Shown here: positions 42,818 to 51,116 of the stretch, in pieces
How positions within the stretch are numbered: the stretch's first letter is position 1
How the letters are laid out: each line of letters opens with the position of its first letter
Assembly (NCBI GenBank): GCA_965230295.1
Contig: OZ246001.1
Location: 704,001 to 768,000 of the forward strand
Length of the DNA stretch: 64,000 bases
DNA from: Marinicella sp.
GTDB lineage: Bacteria > Pseudomonadota > Gammaproteobacteria > Xanthomonadales > Marinicellaceae
Reading direction: 5' to 3'
Program-made: the position numbers and the translations under genes
The notes under the pieces: generated by a model
Database searches by the model: none
What the model saw: only the letters and a program-made list of their open reading frames with translations
Told to the model about the DNA's origin: nothing

Positions 42818-43884
42818 GCTTCCTCTGATTTTGGGGCAATGATGGTCTTGGGCCATGATTCAATGATGGCGTTCACCAATGTAGCCAGCGGGATGGCAAA
42901 AAACACACCCCAAAATCCCCACACACCGCCGAAAAACAACACAGCCACAATGATGGCCACTGGATGCAAGTTATTCACCTCCGAGAATAACCAGGGAACC
43001 AGCACGTTGCCGTCCAGCATTTGTATGACACCATAGGAAATCATCACGTAGGCAAATGGCCCGGTCCAGCCGAATTGAAAAAATGCCACCAAGGCAATGG
43101 GGATGGTAACAGCCACTGCACCTATGAAGGGTACCAACACAGAGAATCCCGTTAAGGTGGCAAGTAAAATGGCATACTCCAAATCCAGGAATACAAATAC
43201 TATGTAACTGGTCAGACCAACCAACAGTATTTCGAAAGCCTTACCCCTGACATAGTTGCCAATCTGTACATCCACTTGATGCCAAACAGACAAAGTCAAT
43301 TTTGAATCTTTGGGCGCAAACTGACGCAACCATGTGACAATGACGGCTTTGTCCTTCAATAAGAAGAAAACCAGAATAGGCATCACCACCAAGAACACAG
43401 CAATCGAAAATGCGCTGAAGACAGAAGATACGGTTTTACCAATCATGGTCTGGCCCATAAGAGTCATTTCATTGGTGACACTGGCAATGATGGACTGCAC
43501 CTGATCCTCAGTCATCATGGCCGGGTATTTTTCTGGCAATGTCCTTAAGAAATCCAGCCCCGTTGAAATGTAGGCGGGTAATGCTTGGGCCAGTTGGCTG
43601 ACCTGACTGGTTAATTTGGGCACCAACCAAATGATCAACACAAACATCACGGCAATAAACACCAGAAACACCAACAAGACTGCCAAAATTCTGGGAATCT
43701 TTAGTTTTTCGATCCTGACTATGACACTTTCTAGTAGATATGCAACCACAATCGCGGTCAGAAATGGTGCCAAGACCTTGCCAAAGTAAATCACAAAAAC
43801 AAAGCCAAGAATCAATACTGAAATTAAGATGACTATTTGTGGATCGGAAAAATTTCTTTTAAACCAACTGGAAATGACGTTCAT
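42814..43884 (-). CDS. AI-2E family (PerM-like) transporter
   Basis: Multi-TM; NYVRGK, VPFIGA, LDGNVLVP.LFSE..NLHP, WGFWGVFFAIP. Confidence 0.9.
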   Translation of the reverse strand: MNVISSWFKRNFSDPQIVILISVLILGFVFVIYFGKVLAPFLTAIVVAYLLESVIVRIEKLKIPRILAVLLVFLVFIAVMFVLIIWLVPKLTSQVSQLAQALPAYISTGLDFLRTLPEKYPAMMTEDQVQSIIASVTNEMTLMGQTMIGKTVSSVFSAFSIAVFLVVMPILVFFLLKDKAVIVTWLRQFAPKDSKLTLSVWHQVDVQIGNYVRGKAFEILLVGLTSYIVFVFLDLEYAILLATLTGFSVLVPFIGAVAVTIPIALVAFFQFGWTGPFAYVMISYGVIQMLDGNVLVPWLFSEVNNLHPVAIIVAVLFFGGVWGFWGVFFAIPLATLVNAIIESWPKTIIAPKSEEA

Positions 43885-43948
43885 ATAATTATTATACGCT
43901 GGTTAGGTGTTGTTTGACCACAGGTATATGGTCACGGTTTAGTCCTGA

Positions 43949-45169
43949 TCAGAAAGTGTACAACCAAGACAATACTGCTTCAGCATGTTTGCCTTTCAAT
44001 TCACTGCTTACACTGCCAAAATCAGTGCGTCCAAAGTTCAGTGGTTTTGGTGCATAACTGGCATACAAGTCCAATTCCCCACCCAACAATGGTGTATTCA
44101 ACCCCACCCTGACACTGTAAGAAGCTGAAATGGCTTCCAGGATGGTGGTCAAGTCGGCATCGGTTGCAGGAGGTTGTTGACGACCGGAATATTCCACATT
44201 GATGACAGCACCATTGTCAAATTGATGCGCCATATTAACGGCAAACACTGTTTGATCATCCCACTGAAAGTCCGGACTCTCTAAGTCATTCAAAAACGTC
44301 AGGAAGATATCAGGATAGGATCGACTGACAAAAGCATTGATGTCGCTGTAATAATTATGTGTTGCTTTAAAAGTGATTGAATCTTTGTGGGTCAAATTAA
44401 AACCGACCGCTAAATTGACTTGTTCCGGAATATCAAAGTCGGCAGGATCGGCTTGCACACCTAACAAACGGCTGAATCCATCCATATCAATTTTAGATTG
44501 GTACTTGGCATCAACAGTGAAACGATCAAAAACATTTTGAGAAATGCCCAGGTTCAAGCCCAAACCATTGCTGGTTTCAGTGTAACTGACAGAATACAAA
44601 TCAAGTTGATCAAAACCATTGATTTCAGACGCCAAGAAATTAATGTCGGAATAGTTTTGTTGTGCAAAGACCACAGCCAGGCTGAGCTCTGAATCATCAC
44701 TCACTCGATAGGCAACACCCGGGGCGAAAATACTGCGGCTGAATGATTCTTTGTCATTGATCAGTAACTGATCGAACTGGAACAGTGAGTCCTGAAAACT
44801 GACTGGTTGCAAGATGGATTGATCGTAGTCAAAAGTGAAGAAGTACGACTTTCCATCTGTTAGCTGGCTGATTTCATTGAAACGCTTGGCATTGAAATAC
44901 AGCTTGGCACCTTGCAAGCTCAAAGCATCAGCAAACTGGTCTGCTTGACTGAGTTGCAAATTGGAATAAAAATTTGGATAAATTCGATCAGCGATGCTGT
45001 TGCGCCAATGACCCAATTCCATGGTGCCATTCAAACGGGATACTGACTGATTTTGGCCAGTCACTGCTGTCAGATTAAACAACGACAAATCAGCAGCTGA
45101 TGCAGCAAAAGTTGCCGACAACTGAAGAACCATCATTATTAATGAGAATTGAGTGACTTTTTTAAACAT
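43949..45169 (-). CDS. outer membrane beta-barrel protein, FadL/OmpP1-like
   Basis: Signal peptide, alternating beta-strand pattern, YQSKIDM..F, DFDIP, FQWDDQTV, C-terminal F. Confidence 0.65.
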   Translation of the reverse strand: MFKKVTQFSLIMMVLQLSATFAASAADLSLFNLTAVTGQNQSVSRLNGTMELGHWRNSIADRIYPNFYSNLQLSQADQFADALSLQGAKLYFNAKRFNEISQLTDGKSYFFTFDYDQSILQPVSFQDSLFQFDQLLINDKESFSRSIFAPGVAYRVSDDSELSLAVVFAQQNYSDINFLASEINGFDQLDLYSVSYTETSNGLGLNLGISQNVFDRFTVDAKYQSKIDMDGFSRLLGVQADPADFDIPEQVNLAVGFNLTHKDSITFKATHNYYSDINAFVSRSYPDIFLTFLNDLESPDFQWDDQTVFAVNMAHQFDNGAVINVEYSGRQQPPATDADLTTILEAISASYSVRVGLNTPLLGGELDLYASYAPKPLNFGRTDFGSVSSELKGKHAEAVLSWLYTF

Positions 45170-45198
45170 TTATTTATGTATTTCGCCTTGTGCGCAAT

Positions 45199-45290
45199 CA
45201 TTGCAAAAAAACAACATAATGTCAATTTTTCGGCTTCAAAACTGCTAAAAAAGTCACATTTTTCGCCCATTTTGTTGCAAAAAGACAACA
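45199..45290. promoter_or_regulatory. two TGTTGY-N6-RCAACA-type palindromic operators upstream of the FadL-like gene
   Basis: cATTGC-AAAAAA-ACAACA (45199-45216) and TGTTGC-AAAAAG-ACAACA (45273-45290). Confidence 0.5.
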
Positions 45291-45300
45291 GGCACAGAAT

Positions 45301-46305
45301 TTATAGCCTAGAAATGACGGCATCAGTGAACTCAGCGGTATGTGCACTACCACCTAAATCACCGGTCAAACGGTCTTTTGCCAGCAAGGTGGATTTGATC
45401 GCTGCACGGATACTTTGTGCCTCTTTGACATGACCCAAATGTTCGATCATCATGGCTACTGCCAATATCAATGCCGTCGGGTTCGCAATCTTTTTACCAG
45501 CAATGTCTGGCGCTGATCCATGTACAGCCTCAAACATCGCCACATCGCGTCCAATATTGGCACCAGGTGCCATACCTAAGCCACCGACCAAACCGGCACA
45601 TAAATCAGAAATGATGTCACCAAATAAGTTGGTGGTTACGATCACATCAAACTGGCCAGGATTCATCACCAACTGCATGCAGGTGTTATCCACAATCAAG
45701 GTGTTGAAATCAATGTTCGGATATTCTTTGGCTATCTCTTGTGCCACTTCGAGAAACAGTCCAGAGGTGGTTTTCATGATATTGGCTTTGTGTACAGCTG
45801 TGACTTTCTTTCTCCCTGCTTTTTGGGCGATATCAAAAGCATAGCGCACAATGTTTTCAGAAGCCTCTCTGGTCACCACAATCTTCGATTCTGCCACTGT
45901 ACGATCTTCGTTGATCGTCTGTCCATCACTCAAATAGGCACCTTCGGTATTTTCCCTGATGGTCAATATGTCGATGTCATCATAGCGGGCTTTGGTGCCT
46001 TCAAAGGTGACCACCGGTCTGACATTGGCATACAGATTAAAATATCGACGCAAGGCCACGTTGATTGAACTGAATCCTTTACCCACCGGAGTTGTCAACG
46101 GGCCTTTCAAACAGATTTGATTGGCAGCTATGGCATCCAATGTATCTTTCGGTAACAATTCACCTGCTTGCTCCAGCGCCGCCAATCCAGCGTCTTTAAA
46201 TTCGTATTCAAAATCCAGATTAAGTTGGTCCAGTACCCGCAATGTGGCGTCCATAATTTCTGGCCCAATGCCATCACCTTTTATGATCGTAATTTTTTGG
46301 CTCAT
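45301..46305 (-). CDS. icd: isocitrate dehydrogenase (short homodimeric type, probably NAD-dependent)
   Basis: GDGIGPEI, KGPLTTP, SINVALR, HKANIMK, NLFGDIISD, HGSAPDIAG (Asp-Ile NAD signature). Confidence 0.88.
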   Translation of the reverse strand: MSQKITIIKGDGIGPEIMDATLRVLDQLNLDFEYEFKDAGLAALEQAGELLPKDTLDAIAANQICLKGPLTTPVGKGFSSINVALRRYFNLYANVRPVVTFEGTKARYDDIDILTIRENTEGAYLSDGQTINEDRTVAESKIVVTREASENIVRYAFDIAQKAGRKKVTAVHKANIMKTTSGLFLEVAQEIAKEYPNIDFNTLIVDNTCMQLVMNPGQFDVIVTTNLFGDIISDLCAGLVGGLGMAPGANIGRDVAMFEAVHGSAPDIAGKKIANPTALILAVAMMIEHLGHVKEAQSIRAAIKSTLLAKDRLTGDLGGSAHTAEFTDAVISRL

Positions 46306-46366
46306 CAATGTTCCTTGTTGTCTCATTATTTAATTTTACAAGGGCGGGATTATAACTTATTTCCCC

Positions 46367-46828
46367 TTATAATTCTTTGACTCTGGTCAAAACTTCAGCC
46401 ACGTGTCCAGGAACTTTGACTTTGCGCCATTCAGCCAATACTTCACCTGATGCATTGACGACAAAGGTGCTGCGTTCAATCCCCATGAAAGTTTTACCGT
46501 ACATTTTCTTTTCTTTAATGACATCGAACTCTTGACACAAGACTTCATCAACATCAGCCACCAACTCAAAAGGCATATCGAATTTATTTTTGAAATTCTG
46601 TTGCTTCTTCAGACTGTCCATAGACACCCCCAACACTTCACATCCAGCAGCCTTGAATGCTTGATATTCAGCTGAGAAATCCTGACTTTCAGTGCTACAT
46701 CCAGGGGTGTTGGCACGGGGGTAAAAATACAACACAACCAGCTTATTGACCAACCCGCTCAAGGCTGATGTGTCTCCACTGGTCAACTGTAATTCTTGTT
46801 GCCATACTTTATTATTAATTTTAACCAT
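46367..46828 (-). CDS. bcp: peroxiredoxin Bcp/PrxQ
   Basis: YFYPRANTPGCSTE, GIERSTF; divergent from dapA. Confidence 0.92.
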   Translation of the reverse strand: MVKINNKVWQQELQLTSGDTSALSGLVNKLVVLYFYPRANTPGCSTESQDFSAEYQAFKAAGCEVLGVSMDSLKKQQNFKNKFDMPFELVADVDEVLCQEFDVIKEKKMYGKTFMGIERSTFVVNASGEVLAEWRKVKVPGHVAEVLTRVKEL

Positions 46829-46895
46829 TGTTTAATACACCTGCTCTAAAAAAAGCATATAATTATGCGCTTTTGCAGAACATATACAAGTCTAA

Positions 46896-47798
46896 ATGAG
46901 GCAAATTCAAGCCAAAGATCTGACCGGAAGCATGGTGGCCTTAGTCACCCCCATGTCCAATGATGGCAACATCAATTTCGCACAATGGGATCAGCTGATT
47001 AATTGGCATATCACATGTGGCACTCAAGCCATCATCGTTGCAGGAACAACGGGCGAATCTGCACTGTTAAGCAGACAGGAAATTGATCAACTGATCAGAC
47101 ATGCGGTTAACCTATGCCAAGACTCAAATACTCGGGTGGTGGTCGGCACCGGGGCCATTGATCCTGACCAGGTCATCTCTGCCAATCATCAGGCTCATCA
47201 ATTGGGTGCCGATGCTGTGTTGATAGCAACACCTTATTACCTGACGTTAACCCAACAGGCCATGATCGATCATTTCTCAATGATTGCTGAGCAAACAGCC
47301 TTACCCATTATCCTGTATAATGTGCCCGGCAGAACAGGCAATGACATGCATGCCAATACCACAGCTGAATTAGCCAAACACCCCAACATCATAGGAATCA
47401 AAGAAGCCAAAGCCGATATGGAACGCATCAAAAAACTGGTTAAGATTAATCATTTCACCGTCCTTTCTGGAGACGACGGCAGTTTTGTTGAGGCCATGTC
47501 TTTGGGTGCTCATGGTGTAATCAGCGTGGCAGCCAACGCCAGACCCAGATCGATCAAAAACTTGTGTGATCATGTGCAGCTGGGTAACATTGCCGAAGCC
47601 AAACAACTCAACATGGAACTCAGTCCTTTTTATGATTTCTTATTTCATGAGCCTAACCCATGCCCTGTTAAAGCCATCATGCATGCCGCTGACATGATTG
47701 ATGACGGCATCAGAAAACCATTACAATTGACGGCCCTCAAAACTGCCGACACCAACAAACATTTAAAACAAATCCGCCAGGAGTTTAACCAAATATGA
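46896..47798 (+). CDS. dapA: 4-hydroxy-tetrahydrodipicolinate synthase
   Basis: ALVTP, GTTGES, TPYY, LYNVPGRTG, GIKEA, SGDD, NPCPVK. Confidence 0.95.
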   Translation: MRQIQAKDLTGSMVALVTPMSNDGNINFAQWDQLINWHITCGTQAIIVAGTTGESALLSRQEIDQLIRHAVNLCQDSNTRVVVGTGAIDPDQVISANHQAHQLGADAVLIATPYYLTLTQQAMIDHFSMIAEQTALPIILYNVPGRTGNDMHANTTAELAKHPNIIGIKEAKADMERIKKLVKINHFTVLSGDDGSFVEAMSLGAHGVISVAANARPRSIKNLCDHVQLGNIAEAKQLNMELSPFYDFLFHEPNPCPVKAIMHAADMIDDGIRKPLQLTALKTADTNKHLKQIRQEFNQI

Positions 47799-48415
47799 GA
47801 CATTTGATAAAAACCACACTGTTGATCAGCTTGTGTTGCACACTGATTAATTGCAGCCGAATAGTCAAGGAAGAACCTTACTTAACGGCCAAAAGCACCA
47901 ATGGACTCGAATCCGTTCCAGGTAAGGACTTGCCTCGCACCAATAACAGCCTGGAAATTCCCACAGTTGAAGCGGAAGGAGAAAATGTAGCACCCGATTC
48001 AAGACCGCCAGATATGGCGTTTGCAAGGCGCCGCAGCAGCGATGAGAATGTGGTGATTATTGAATCAGGTGGCATGCCTACCATTGAAATATTCAATGAC
48101 CAAGATGCCTGGGAATTGATGTTAGGAGACCATGGATATAATTGGCTGTTACTGGAGGAGGACCCAGAAAACTGTCAAGCCACTTTCAGGTTTTACGACC
48201 CGATCACAGAAGAAATTGAAAGCAAAAATTTCTTCAAAAAGTTGTTCACCATCAACAGCAGTTATATTGACCGCTCGGGTGAATATGTCTTGACTTGTTT
48301 AAAGCTGCCACAAAAACAACAAATCTGGTTACAGACCATTGATTTCGAAGCACCTTCTTCATATGTCATTGATGATTTGTTCACCCACATTTTTGATGCA
48401 GCCACCAAAGAATAA
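47795..48415 (+). CDS. lipoprotein, BamC-like by position
   Basis: Signal peptide with Cys (LINC), Y..A..L..VP.D.P N-terminal pattern; ATGA overlap with dapA. Confidence 0.6.
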   Translation: MRHLIKTTLLISLCCTLINCSRIVKEEPYLTAKSTNGLESVPGKDLPRTNNSLEIPTVEAEGENVAPDSRPPDMAFARRRSSDENVVIIESGGMPTIEIFNDQDAWELMLGDHGYNWLLLEEDPENCQATFRFYDPITEEIESKNFFKKLFTINSSYIDRSGEYVLTCLKLPQKQQIWLQTIDFEAPSSYVIDDLFTHIFDAATKE

Positions 48416-48432
48416 CCAACCCGCTTTGCATT

Positions 48433-48460
48433 AAAAAAGGCGCCTTTCGGCGCCTTTTTT
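48433..48460. terminator. bidirectional Rho-independent terminator
   Basis: AAAAAAGGCGCC-TTTC-GGCGCCTTTTTT between convergent genes. Confidence 0.9.
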
Positions 48461-48476
48461 GTTCTTAAAATTAAAC

Positions 48477-48806
48477 TCAATCACCTTTGTCCAGCAGGTG
48501 GGCCTTGTCTTTAACTTGCGCCCAATCGTCGGCATCTTCCGGTGCATCCACCATGGCTGTGATGACTGGCCAAACTTCTGAAAGTTCTTTGTTGATCTCA
48601 ATGAATTTTTCTTGCCCGGCTGGCAAATCATCTTCTGGATAAATGGCTTCAATGGGGCATTCAGGCTCGCATAAAGTACAATCTATGCACTCTTCCGGGT
48701 CAATGACCAGAAAATTAGGTCCTTCATGAAAACAGTCCACAGGACAAACTTCCACGCAATCAGTGTATTTACACTTGATACAGGCCTCAGTAACCACAAA
48801 AGTCAT
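48477..48806 (-). CDS. fdxA: 7Fe ferredoxin
   Basis: [38 protein letters not shown]. Confidence 0.96.
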   Translation of the reverse strand: MTFVVTEACIKCKYTDCVEVCPVDCFHEGPNFLVIDPEECIDCTLCEPECPIEAIYPEDDLPAGQEKFIEINKELSEVWPVITAMVDAPEDADDWAQVKDKAHLLDKGD

Positions 48807-48873
48807 TCAATTGCTCCTTGATTTGATATAATGCGCAATTATACAACAAGCCGATAAATCGCAGTCAAGAATC

Positions 48874-50130
48874 TTGCTAAACCAAAACCTCATTACATAT
48901 CACAAAGCGGAACATAGATTACCCAGTGGCGAGATCAGCCAAGCCGCTAAAAAAATCATCAACAAACTGGTCGACCATGGCTTTGAAGCCTACTTGGTAG
49001 GCGGTGCTGTTCGCGACTTATTGCTGGGACTGCACCCCAAAGATTTTGACATTGCTACCGACGCCACTCCTGAAGACATCAAATCCATATTCAAAGGAAA
49101 ATGTCGCATCATTGGCAGGCGCTTCAGACTGGCCCATGTCTACATGGGTAACAGCATTTATGAAGTGGCGACATTTCGTGGCAGCCATGCTGGTGATCGG
49201 GTGATGAAGAAAGGCCAAATCATCAGAGATAATGTGTTTGGCACAGTTGATCAGGATGCTTTGCGCAGGGATTTCAGCTGCAACGCCCTTTACTATGACA
49301 TCCAGGAGGAAACCATTCTAGACTTTGCTGCGGGTGTTTTGGATTTAAAGAAAGGTGAATTAAAACTCATAGGCAATCCCAACAAACGGTTCATTGAAGA
49401 CCCGGTCAGGATGCTCAGAGCGGTTCGGTTTCACGCCAAATTGGGCCTGACCCTCACCGACCAGATGAAACATGACATCATCAACAACCGACAACACCTG
49501 AGCAATGTACCAACCGCTCGACTGTTTGATGAAGCGATCAAAATGTTCCATTGTGGCAACATGGAAATTGCCTACTACAGCCTGGTTGAACTTAAACTGT
49601 TTGAAATCCTGTTTCCAAAGGCAGCCAAGATCGCCAAATCAGAAGCCCAGTGGCATGAGTTTTTAACGCTGGCTTTCCGTAACACCGACCACCGATTGAA
49701 AAACGGACAGTCCGTCACTCCGGTCTTTCTCAGTGCTTGTGTGATGTGGTTGGAATTTTTACCCATTTACCACAACATATTAAACGGCGGCAAAAACTCT
49801 CATGATGCTTTACATGAAGCCACCACTCAAGTGATGGTTAACCAAAGGAATAATCTGATGGTACCCAAAGCCATACAAAACGGCATCAGACAGATGTGGA
49901 TGTTACAACTGCGGTTCAAAAAGATGTTTGGCAAAGGTGTATACAGCACCCTCCACCACCCCAGGTTTCGTGCCGGTTATGATTTCCTGATACTCAGAAG
50001 TGAAGTCAATGAAGCATTGGCTCAGAAAGTGGAATTCTGGACCAACATTCAAAGCATGTCCCCGGAAGGCATCAAAAGTTTGATTTTTGGTAAAAAGGTC
50101 AAGCGCAAAAAAGTCAGTTATGACTTATAA
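48874..50130 (+). CDS. pcnB: poly(A) polymerase I
   Basis: VGGAVRD, PKDFD, IIGRRF.LAHV PAP signature, RRDF, EDPVRMLRA, HPRFRAGYDFL; TTG start. Confidence 0.94.
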   Translation: MLNQNLITYHKAEHRLPSGEISQAAKKIINKLVDHGFEAYLVGGAVRDLLLGLHPKDFDIATDATPEDIKSIFKGKCRIIGRRFRLAHVYMGNSIYEVATFRGSHAGDRVMKKGQIIRDNVFGTVDQDALRRDFSCNALYYDIQEETILDFAAGVLDLKKGELKLIGNPNKRFIEDPVRMLRAVRFHAKLGLTLTDQMKHDIINNRQHLSNVPTARLFDEAIKMFHCGNMEIAYYSLVELKLFEILFPKAAKIAKSEAQWHEFLTLAFRNTDHRLKNGQSVTPVFLSACVMWLEFLPIYHNILNGGKNSHDALHEATTQVMVNQRNNLMVPKAIQNGIRQMWMLQLRFKKMFGKGVYSTLHHPRFRAGYDFLILRSEVNEALAQKVEFWTNIQSMSPEGIKSLIFGKKVKRKKVSYDL

Positions 50131-50281
50131 AGGAATGTTCTTGGGGCTTGACTGCAATTGTTCCAAACAATTGTCAGCATTTTCCACTTCCATGTGGGGC
50201 TATACGCCCCTGATTCGCCAGGCCCACCAACCGGGCCGGCGGATCAAACTGCACTGCAGCTTATCAAACACTGAAGCCTGA
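50120..50281 (+). CDS. possible 53-aa small protein between pcnB and folK
   Basis: ATG overlaps the pcnB end; stop is 3 nt before the folK ATG; exactly fills the gap. Confidence 0.3.
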   Translation: MTYKGMFLGLDCNCSKQLSAFSTSMWGYTPLIRQAHQPGRRIKLHCSLSNTEA

Positions 50282-50284
50282 ACC

Positions 50285-50800
50285 ATGCGCAAACACAATT
50301 GTTACTTAGGCCTGGGCAGTAACCTCAACAACCCGTCCAAACAGATTCACCGAGCCATCTATCACTTGTCGAGACTGCCCCTCACCAAGGTGGTCAAAAG
50401 TGCACCCTGGTATGTGTCGAAAGCATGGGGGGTCACCGACCAAGGTGATTTTGTCAACACCGCTGTACAAATCAAAACTGCTTTGACACCCATGGCGTTA
50501 CTGAAACACATCAAAATCATCGAGTATCGCCTGATGCAACGTCAACCCAATATAAAGTGGCATGCTCGCAACATAGACATCGATATACTTTTGTATGGAA
50601 AATCCACTTTCCGTCGACAACAGTTATCCATACCCCATCCTTTGATTGACCAGCGCTGTTTTGTGGTGGCGCCGTTGTTGCATTTATCACCTGAATTGCC
50701 AGCCAAGTTAAAACAACAGTTACAAAAACACCGAAATGAACATTGCTGCCTGAATAACATCAAACCATTGTCGCCACAAAAACCACACAAAACAGGTTAA
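50285..50800 (+). CDS. folK: 6-hydroxymethyl-7,8-dihydropterin pyrophosphokinase
   Basis: YLGLGSN, Q.DFVN, RNIDIDILLYG, IPHP, R.FV..PL. Confidence 0.94.
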   Translation: MRKHNCYLGLGSNLNNPSKQIHRAIYHLSRLPLTKVVKSAPWYVSKAWGVTDQGDFVNTAVQIKTALTPMALLKHIKIIEYRLMQRQPNIKWHARNIDIDILLYGKSTFRRQQLSIPHPLIDQRCFVVAPLLHLSPELPAKLKQQLQKHRNEHCCLNNIKPLSPQKPHKTG

Positions 50801-50824
50801 ATTGCAGTTAAAACGTCACTCAAA

Positions 50825-50927
50825 TGTTGTTTTTTTGCAACACGGTTGTAATATTTTCATTTTTTGTTGTATTTTTTTAACAAAAACACAAATTGATGTT
50901 GCTTTTAAACAAATGCTGATGTATTAT
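50825..50927 (+). promoter_or_regulatory. three TGTTGY-N6 pseudo-palindromes plus sigma70 promoter TTGCTT-17-TATTAT
   Basis: Sites at 50825, 50865 and 50897; -35 at 50899-50904, -10 at 50922-50927. Confidence 0.5.
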
Positions 50928-50933
50928 TGTTAC

Positions 50934-51028
50934 CAGTTTTAGAGTAAATCATTCAAAACTCCAAGACAAGCAGGGCACAAAAGTAAAATATCGTATTTAA
51001 CCCATCCAATTTGGATGGGTTTTTTTTT
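50934..51028 (+). ncRNA. candidate ~95-nt small RNA
   Basis: Upstream promoter, 5' hairpin AGTTTT..AAAACT, single-stranded middle, strong terminator; no ORF. Confidence 0.45.
50999..51028 (+). terminator. Rho-independent terminator
   Basis: AACCCATCCA-ATT-TGGATGGG followed by T9. Confidence 0.88.
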
Positions 51029-51116
51029 GCCTTTTCTCAGTGACTGGCGATAATCCTCTATGTATCGGTGCTGCCATAAGCTACAATAATCCGTTTGTTA
51101 TTCTGACCAAAACCCC

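Noticed and set aside
50936-50959. GTTTTAGAG...CATTCAAAAC resembling a type II CRISPR repeat or tracrRNA
   Set aside because: Single short match, no array and no cas genes; better explained as the 5' hairpin of the sRNA candidate
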